Part shown: piece by piece, positions 57,705-64,000 of the stretch | Layout of the letters: each line of letters begins with the position of its first letter | Position numbering within the stretch: position 1 is the stretch's first letter | NCBI GenBank assembly: GCA_000436695.1 | Contig: HF992598.1 | Location: 6,715 to 70,714, forward strand | DNA from: Prevotella sp. CAG:1185 | GTDB taxonomy: Bacteria > Bacteroidota > Bacteroidia > Bacteroidales > Bacteroidaceae | Direction of reading: 5' to 3' | Length of the DNA: 64,000 nucleotides | Made by a program: the position numbers and the translations under genes | Notes under the pieces: model-generated | The model's database searches: none | Seen by the model: the letters and a program-made list of their open reading frames with translations, nothing else | Told to the model about the DNA's origin: nothing

Positions 57705-58439
57705 ATGTTTGAAAAAGAAATAAAACAATACTTGGAAAGACACGGCTTTGAGGCTTTTAAGCCCAAAGCCGTTCTTTTTGATATGGATGGTGTTTTGTAT
57801 AACAGTATGCCCTATCATGCAATGAGCTGGAATAAGTCGATGAAGAAGTTCGGACTCAACATAACTCCTGAAGAGGCTTATGAATTTGAAGGAATGAGAG
57901 GTGTTGAAACCATTAAGCTGTTAGCCAAGCGCCAGTGGAACAAAGACATCACTGATGAAGAATCAGCCATGATGTATGAAGAAAAGTCTAATGAGTTTAA
58001 AAGATGCTCCAAAGCTGAAAAGATGGAGGGTGTAGAAGAACTCATGAGAAAAATCAAGGCAGACGGGCTGAAGATTGTCGTTGTTACAGGAAGCGGTCAA
58101 AGAAGTTTGCTTGACAAGCTTGAAAGCGAATTTAACGGACTCATACACAGAGATCTGATAATCAGCAGCTTCGACGTCAAGCACGGCAAGCCCAATCCTG
58201 AGCCTTATCTGTGCGGACTTAAAAAAGCCGGCGTTGAGCCTTGGGAAGGAATCGTCGTAGAAAATGCTCCGTTAGGAGTGAGAGCCGGCGTTGCAGCCAA
58301 CATATTCACAGTGGCAGTAAACACAGGTCCGCTGCCTGACAAGACGCTTGCCGATGAAGGTGCAAACATCATATTCGACAAGATGACTTCATTCAGAGAT
58401 TCGTGGGAAAAACTGAGTGAAAACTGGAAAAAACAATAA
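57705..58439 (+). CDS. HAD-superfamily hydrolase (beta-phosphoglucomutase-like subfamily IA)
   Basis: VLFDMDGVL (DxDG motif), VVTGSG, and KPNPEPYL. Confidence 0.85.
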   Translation: MFEKEIKQYLERHGFEAFKPKAVLFDMDGVLYNSMPYHAMSWNKSMKKFGLNITPEEAYEFEGMRGVETIKLLAKRQWNKDITDEESAMMYEEKSNEFKRCSKAEKMEGVEELMRKIKADGLKIVVVTGSGQRSLLDKLESEFNGLIHRDLIISSFDVKHGKPNPEPYLCGLKKAGVEPWEGIVVENAPLGVRAGVAANIFTVAVNTGPLPDKTLADEGANIIFDKMTSFRDSWEKLSENWKKQ

Positions 58440-58512
58440 ATTTAACAAGCTAAAATTTATGCTTGACGCCCCAAAAATAACACACAACAAGCATAAATAC
58501 CCAAACAAAACA

Positions 58513-58546
58513 AAAGGACAATACCCATTAAAAGGCATTGTCCTTT
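58513..58546. terminator. Hairpin between the convergent HAD and fabI genes
   Basis: aaaggacaat (58513-22) / attgtccttt (58537-46), a perfect 10-bp stem. Confidence 0.7.
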
Positions 58547-58575
58547 AATTTTATCTAAACTACAGACAGTTATAA

Positions 58576-59433
58576 TTATCCGTAGATAACCTTTCCGTTC
58601 TCGTCCTCATAAGGAGCAAGATCCTTAGCGTACTGGTTCATTGCACGCAGGCTCATACCCATAGAAGAGAAACCACCGTCGTGGTAAAGGTTCTGCATTG
58701 TAACCTTGCGAGTGAAGTCAGAGAACATCATAACGCAATAGTCAGCACACTCTTCAGCGTTGGCATTGCCGAGTGGAGACATCTTGTTGGCAAAGTCCAT
58801 CAGGTTGTCCATGTCCTTGATACCCTTACCTGCTGTAGTTGCAGTAGGCGACTGAGATATTGTGTTGATGCGGACATGCTTCTCACGGCCATAAATATAT
58901 CCGAAACTGCGTGCTATACTCTCGAGCATGCTCTTGGCATCAGCCATATCATTATATCCAAAGAATGTACGCTGTGCTGCAACATAAGTAAGAGCAACAA
59001 CAGAACCATACTCAGCAATGGCATCCTGCTTCTTGGCAACCTGAAGCATTTTGTGGAACGAAATAGCTGAGATGTCGAGAGTCTTCTGCAGATAATTGTA
59101 ATCAAGATCGTCGTAAGTACGGTGCTTGCGCACGTTGGGACTCATACCGATAGAATGGAGAACGAAGTCAATTTTACCGCCCAACAACTTAACCGACTCG
59201 GCAAAAACTTTTTCCAAATCCTCAACACTTGTAGCATCAGCGGCAATGATAGGTGCGTTAAGCTTTTTGCTAAGCTCATCGAGAGTACCCATGCGCAATG
59301 CCATTGCAGTGTTGCTCAAGGTTATTGAAGCGCCTTCTTCTACAGCCTTCACGGCTACTTTCCATGCTATGGAATCTTCATTAAGCGCGCCGAAAATAAT
59401 ACCGCGCTTACCTTTCAACAAATTGTGAGTCAT
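58576..59433 (-). CDS. fabI: Enoyl-[acyl-carrier-protein] reductase (NADH), FabI type
   Basis: LKGKRGIIFGALNEDSIAW..., an SDR-like FabI with YVAAQRTF...MADAKSMLE (Tyr/Lys catalytic context). Confidence 0.92.
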   Translation of the reverse strand: MTHNLLKGKRGIIFGALNEDSIAWKVAVKAVEEGASITLSNTAMALRMGTLDELSKKLNAPIIAADATSVEDLEKVFAESVKLLGGKIDFVLHSIGMSPNVRKHRTYDDLDYNYLQKTLDISAISFHKMLQVAKKQDAIAEYGSVVALTYVAAQRTFFGYNDMADAKSMLESIARSFGYIYGREKHVRINTISQSPTATTAGKGIKDMDNLMDFANKMSPLGNANAEECADYCVMMFSDFTRKVTMQNLYHDGGFSSMGMSLRAMNQYAKDLAPYEDENGKVIYG

Positions 59434-59730
59434 TTTTTATTAATTTCTTTGATTAATTTTAGGGTGCAAATTTACAACATTTATACAATATAGGCAAACA
59501 ATTAAAGTTAAGATTTATTAGGCAAAACAATTTAAGACAATACATTACACATATTAAAAGGCCAATAAGCTATCCTATATGACTGATAGAGTGCATTAAA
59601 CATATCATTTTGTAATACTAAGCGCAGAAAATATTACAGACATGATATAAAGACAAAAGACGCCTTGAGGCTGATAAAATGCCACAAGGCGAAATGAACA
59701 ATACAAAAAACGATATGCAAAATGTATTTA

Positions 59731-60048
59731 CTAAATAATCACGGCCGTGCCGCTGCAAGACACCATAAGCATGGAGCCAGACTCGCCCACTGTCTCATAA
59801 TCGAGGTCAATACCTACTATGGCATTGGCGCCGAGAGCACTTGCACGTTCGGACATCTCAGCAAGCGCATTGTCTTTTGCCTTGCGCAGGACGCCCTCAT
59901 ACGAACTGCTGCGGCCTCCGAAGAAATCTCTTATGCCAGCAAGAAAATCCTTAAATACGTTGGCTCCTACAATAACCTCACCAGTAACCACGCCAAGATA
60001 CTCCTTGACGGGTCTGCCTTCTATTGTTGGTGTTGTTGACAATATCAT
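59731..60048 (-). CDS. YbjQ/UPF0145-family protein
   Basis: [47 protein letters not shown] is the classical UPF0145 sequence. The start is taken at the internal Met. Confidence 0.85.
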   Translation of the reverse strand: MILSTTPTIEGRPVKEYLGVVTGEVIVGANVFKDFLAGIRDFFGGRSSSYEGVLRKAKDNALAEMSERASALGANAIVGIDLDYETVGESGSMLMVSCSGTAVII

Positions 60049-60124
60049 AGCTGTATAAAGTTTAAATTTATATTTTGCGTTATTATATGAAAACAAAGAC
60101 AATGCAGTTCAGCCAAAGTTATGC

Positions 60125-61216
60125 CTACTCATTCCATGAAATTTCTGCACTGCCGAAACATTTATGATGATTCTCGTCATAAACGACACAGAACTGACCA
60201 GGGGCCACGCCCTGAATAAGATGCTCTGAATGTACAACATACTCGCCTTCTCCCTTGCGTTCCAACGTTGCGGGATGGTATTCGGGCGTATGACGTATCT
60301 TGAATGTAACATTAATCTCGTCGGCATCGTTCCACGGATTGCATGTAAGAAAATGGAAATCATGTATGGCAAAGTCTTTCTTATAAGCCGTCAACGGCTC
60401 ATATCCCTTGCTTACATACAGAATGTTGCGCTTCATATCCTTCTTGACAGCATACCAAGGTCCGCCGCCAAAGCCAAGTCCGTGACGCTGTCCGATGGTG
60501 TGAAACCACAAGCCTTTGTGCATTCCTATCTTCTTTCCAGTTTCAAGTTCGAGCACATCTCCGGGGTTTTCACCAAGATAACGGCGGATATAATCATTGT
60601 AGTTGATCTTGCCGAGGAAACAGATGCCCTGGCTATCCTTGCGCTTTGCATTGACAAGATGCTCGCGCTCGGCTATCTCGCGCACCTCGTCCTTCATATA
60701 ATGTCCTATCGGAAACAGTGCCTTACGCAACTGCCAGTCGTATATTTGAGCAAGAAAGTCGGTCTGATCCTTCACCGGGTCAGGACTGGTAACGAGCCAT
60801 TTCTGTCCGTCGATTATTTCAGTCTGCGCATAATGCCCCGTTGCAATTAAATCATAGTCGTGTCCTGCCTTTTGGTCGAAGGCTCCAAACTTAATAAGTC
60901 TGTTGCACATAACGTCAGGATTAGGCGTAAGTCCGTTACGCACCTTGTCCATCGTATATTTAGTCACCTGCTCCCAATATTCCTTATGGCAATCTATTAC
61001 CCGGAGCTTGCAGCCATACTTGGCTGCAACGGCCGTAGCCATTTCAAGGTCTTCCTCGCTCGAACAGTCCCACTCCTCTTCTTCCTCGGGTCCTATTTTT
61101 ATATAAAAGCAATCAGGATGCAATCCTTGACGTGCCAATTCATAAACCACAACCGAACTGTCTACGCCGCCGGAAAGCAGCACTGCTATCTTTTTGTCTT
61201 TAAGATTCTCCATCAT
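60125..61216 (-). CDS. mnmA: tRNA 2-thiouridine(34) synthase
   Basis: PP-loop motif VLLSGGVDSSV, plus KDSQGICFLG and the C-terminal beta-barrel domain. Confidence 0.93.
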   Translation of the reverse strand: MMENLKDKKIAVLLSGGVDSSVVVYELARQGLHPDCFYIKIGPEEEEEWDCSSEEDLEMATAVAAKYGCKLRVIDCHKEYWEQVTKYTMDKVRNGLTPNPDVMCNRLIKFGAFDQKAGHDYDLIATGHYAQTEIIDGQKWLVTSPDPVKDQTDFLAQIYDWQLRKALFPIGHYMKDEVREIAEREHLVNAKRKDSQGICFLGKINYNDYIRRYLGENPGDVLELETGKKIGMHKGLWFHTIGQRHGLGFGGGPWYAVKKDMKRNILYVSKGYEPLTAYKKDFAIHDFHFLTCNPWNDADEINVTFKIRHTPEYHPATLERKGEGEYVVHSEHLIQGVAPGQFCVVYDENHHKCFGSAEISWNE

Positions 61217-61235
61217 TAATCATTATTTCTTGATG

Positions 61236-61243
61236 CAAACATA
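61236..61243 (-). promoter_or_regulatory. -7 box TATGTTTG upstream of mnmA
   Basis: Plus-strand caaacata is TATGTTTG on the minus strand, 20 nt upstream of the ATG at 61216. Confidence 0.5.
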
Positions 61244-61381
61244 CACAAAAATAACGACATTTCACCCTAAAACGGCAACAAATATACACTCTAACCATCT
61301 AATCGTATGTGTAAAATAAGTAAAGGGAGAATAATTTAAAATGGTACTTTTAGGAACAATCGTAAAAAAACCTAAGTTTCA

Positions 61382-61404
61382 GTTAAGGCCTCCAGAACAG
61401 GCAT
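61382..61404 (+). repeat. Anchor motif copy (gttaaggcctccagaacaggcat)
   Basis: See 37921-37943 and the inverted copy at 1407-1426. The family-B array follows about 120 nt downstream. Confidence 0.6.
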
Positions 61405-61522
61405 CTCACAGAAGAAAACATATTTAAGGACAAATTTTACATAAAATAATGCTTTTAATATAAAAGTCAGCATATCAGGCACTTAACAAAATTCAATGTA
61501 TGAATGAAAAGACAACATAGCA

Positions 61523-61631
61523 CAAAAGATGGCCTTTTGCATCATAAAAGGCCGTCTTTTACACTGCAATTCGATGCCTTTTGCATGATAAAAGGACGTG
61601 TTTTATAGCGAAAATGGGCTATTATTGGCAT
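61523..61631. repeat. Array of five tandem ~22-nt mini-palindrome units (family B)
   Basis: The units are caaaagatggccttttgcatcat, aaaaggccgtcttttacactgc, aattcgatgccttttgcatgat, aaaaggacgtgttttatagcg and aaaatgggctattattggcat. Confidence 0.65.
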
Positions 61632-62010
61632 AAAACTAGACTGATTTAAGGTTGAAAATGGATGAAATATGACATAAGAACAGGCCAGAAGCAGTAATAA
61701 AGAACTCTGTTTTTGCTAGAATGAAAAATAATAATGACAAGATTTTTTACTCTTAAATCTTCATAAAATGGACGATTTATAACCATAAGGGAAAAAGTGA
61801 ATATAAAAAGTCTAATAATATAACAATCTGAATATACACGCTCTGAGACAAAAGATTAAATACTTAATTTTTCAAACATGCTAAACAAATTACCTATACA
61901 AAGGCATAGTTTTCACCTCTCACGACATGACACTGTCAGAATACACTGTAAATATTGCCATAAAGAAATAAGCTTCAAAGATAAACAAACGTAAGCAATA
62001 CTACGATTAT

Positions 62011-62057
62011 AAAAAACAATATGGCCAAAGACCGGACTATACCGAATCTTTGGCCAT
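62011..62057 (-). terminator. Intrinsic terminator at the end of the nuo operon
   Basis: A perfect 11-bp stem atggccaaaga (62021-31) / tctttggccat (62047-57). The A-run at 62011-16 gives a U-run on the minus-strand transcript. Confidence 0.8.
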
Positions 62058-62094
62058 ACATGTTTATGATATTATTGTCAAATAAAATTCAATA

Positions 62095-63531
62095 TTAAAG
62101 AGCAGCCCAAATCCAATCGTAGAAGAAACTGCAAACACCGCAAAGAAGCACGCCTGCAGTGCAGATTGTAAGAGCAAGCTTTGTATTGCAGTCGCTCTTG
62201 AATGTAGGCAGAGGATTCTCTGAAGTCTTGATGTACATTGCCTTAACGATAAGCAGATAGTAGTAAAGACTTATCACAGTGTTGATCAAAGCAACGAATA
62301 CTACAATGTGTGTGAGGACAGACCCCTCCTCCAAAGCTGCCATGAACACGAAGAACTTGCTAAACATACCTGCGAACGGAGGAATACCGCCGAGAGAGAA
62401 CAGCGCAAATGTCATAAGCAAAGACAGCTTGGGGTTAGTTGAATAGAAACCGTTGTAGGCATCCATCTTTGTAATACCGTTGTTGTTTTCCTCTACAACT
62501 CCGATTACAGTGAACACTGCCAGGTTGGCTACTACATAAACCAGTACGTAGTAAGACAGAGCAGCTACACCGAGGGCATTGTCACCGATGACAGCCAGCA
62601 TGATATAACCGGCCTGAGAGATAGAACTGAAGGCCATGAAGCGCTTGAGCTCTTTCTGACGGATGGCAAACAGGTTGGCGATGGTGATGCTAAGTACAAC
62701 GAGTACATACATAACGTAAGTCCAATACGGAGTAAGCGGAGCAAACACCTTCATGAGAATAGCCATGAGTGTAAATGCAGCAGCACCCTTAGAGATTACG
62801 CTAAGATAACCGGTAACTGTTGTAGGAGCGCCCTGATATGTATCGGCTGTCCAGAAGTGGAAAGGAACAAGACTAATCTTGAATCCAAGACCGCTCATGA
62901 AGAACACCATACCCATGACGTTCATTGTAAGATTCTGCTTCTGTGCAAGAACTGTTGCAACATCATCGAAGTAGAGAGTACCTACTCCACCATAGATGAA
63001 CGAAATACCATAAAGCATTATTCCGCTTGAGAATGTTGCTGTAAGGATAAACTTGGCAGCAGCCTCAGCTGAATTGTGACGGTATTTGTCGAGAGCAACA
63101 AGACATGCCATAGGCACAGATGCCATTTCAAGTCCGAGGAAGAACATAAGGAAGTGTCCTGCACTCATCATGACGTTCATACCGAGCAGTGTTGATACGA
63201 CAAGCATATAGAACTCGCCCTCTTTGAACGAAGTGTCCGGTCTGCTCAGCCACTTGCGGCTCTGAATAAGAACGATAAGTGTGCCGGCAGCCAATATAGT
63301 CTTCATTACATTTACGGCCGGAGTGGTAACATACATTCCGCCGAAAGCAGAAACTGCGTCATGCTGGAACACGCTGACAAGCACCTGAAGCAACATCAGT
63401 ATGCAAACCAGCGGATTGAACCACTTGCGCTCACTTTTGCGAGATGATGCGAAATCGGCAATGAAGACGATAACAAGGATAGCCATCAGTGTGGCTTCCG
63501 GAATCATATTAAGAAATTGACTGTAATTCAT
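62095..63531 (-). CDS. nuoN: NADH-quinone oxidoreductase subunit N
   Basis: A 478-aa polytopic antiporter-like subunit, last gene after nuoM (...GLEMASVPM...[14 protein letters not shown]...). Confidence 0.92.
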   Translation of the reverse strand: MNYSQFLNMIPEATLMAILVIVFIADFASSRKSERKWFNPLVCILMLLQVLVSVFQHDAVSAFGGMYVTTPAVNVMKTILAAGTLIVLIQSRKWLSRPDTSFKEGEFYMLVVSTLLGMNVMMSAGHFLMFFLGLEMASVPMACLVALDKYRHNSAEAAAKFILTATFSSGIMLYGISFIYGGVGTLYFDDVATVLAQKQNLTMNVMGMVFFMSGLGFKISLVPFHFWTADTYQGAPTTVTGYLSVISKGAAAFTLMAILMKVFAPLTPYWTYVMYVLVVLSITIANLFAIRQKELKRFMAFSSISQAGYIMLAVIGDNALGVAALSYYVLVYVVANLAVFTVIGVVEENNNGITKMDAYNGFYSTNPKLSLLMTFALFSLGGIPPFAGMFSKFFVFMAALEEGSVLTHIVVFVALINTVISLYYYLLIVKAMYIKTSENPLPTFKSDCNTKLALTICTAGVLLCGVCSFFYDWIWAAL

Positions 63532-63546
63532 TTTTCTGCTGATTTA

Positions 63547-64000
63547 TTATATTGATGCAATAGCTGAAACGTTGTTAATATGGTCAAGGATTGGTATCAT
63601 TGCATTATCGATAACATCGCTGACCCATAACGGAGCAAGACCGAGTCCTGCTACGCAGAATATAAGACAGCATACAGCCACGCGCTCATCCCAGGTTGCG
63701 TCGGTAAGTGTCAGATAATGCGGATCAGCAACCTTCTGATAAAGGATTTTGCCGACAACACGCAAAATGTAGACAGCCGTTACAACGATACTTGTACATG
63801 CGATGATGGTGCAAGTACGGTGGAATACGTCATTATTAGCAAATGATCCTACGAAAATAGTCATCTCTGCAATAAATCCTGAGAAGCCAGGCAAACCGAG
63901 GTTAGCCAAACCGGCAATAACATAACCAACACTGAGGAATGGCATTATCTTCATCAATCCGCCGAGCTTACGTACGTCACGTGTGTGTGTACGGCCGTAA
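63547..64000 (-). CDS. nuoM: NADH-quinone oxidoreductase subunit M (C-terminal part; 5' end outside the window)
   Basis: The reading frame stays open past the ORF-track Met to the window edge (...YGRTHTRDVRKLGGLMKIMPFLS...), which is the conserved mid-region of NuoM/NuoL-type subunits. Confidence 0.9.
   Translation of the reverse strand, partial: YGRTHTRDVRKLGGLMKIMPFLSVGYVIAGLANLGLPGFSGFIAEMTIFVGSFANNDVFHRTCTIIACTSIVVTAVYILRVVGKILYQKVADPHYLTLTDATWDERVAVCCLIFCVAGLGLAPLWVSDVIDNAMIPILDHINNVSAIASI

Noticed and set aside
60230-60850. 206-aa plus-strand ORF
   Set aside because: It is antisense to mnmA (PP-loop SGGVDSS and conserved C-terminal domain). This is a shadow ORF.
1-64000. Scan of all intergenic regions for rRNA, tRNA, tmRNA and known riboswitch signatures
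   Set aside because: I found no tRNA T-arm/acceptor-like sequence (GGTTCGAATCC type), rRNA, or recognisable riboswitch core by eye. A tRNAscan-SE/Infernal run would be needed to be certain.

Overview
This window reads as a Bacteroidales chromosome segment. It looks Prevotella-like from gene content, TAnnTTTG -7 promoter boxes and characteristic palindromic intergenic repeats, but that is inference only because no search was run. I call about 58 protein-coding genes, nearly all housekeeping. They include rpsP, an Omp85/TamA-like protein, a methylmalonyl-CoA epimerase/decarboxylase cluster, panCD, a short glycogen synthase with DUF4270, a UvrD-family helicase, mtgA, proS and mtaB. They also include a carB-carA-PurF-like-glmS run, uxaC, ansA, rubrerythrin, dapA, truA, ComEC, flavodoxin/ferredoxin genes, menA, lysS, gpsA, pgi, fabI, mnmA and nuoN/nuoM. 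I saw no rRNA, tRNA, CRISPR array, integrase or transposase. The one clearly accessory block is an AT-rich island of about 3 kb (roughly 46.2-49.2 kb). It encodes a WYL-domain regulator, a 355-bp structured non-coding spacer, a GIY-YIG-like nuclease, and two small envelope-targeted proteins of unknown function. This is my best candidate for an uncharacterised defence or conflict module. A second theme is unusually long intergenic regions filled with two repeat families: a large palindromic element (2 copies) and arrays of ~22-nt AAAAGG..CCTTTT mini-hairpin units with a conserved anchor motif (at least 5 loci). Three small ORFs below the ORF-track cutoff are also proposed. All coordinates and motifs come from reading the sequence. 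All family names are recognition from memory and need profile searches to confirm.
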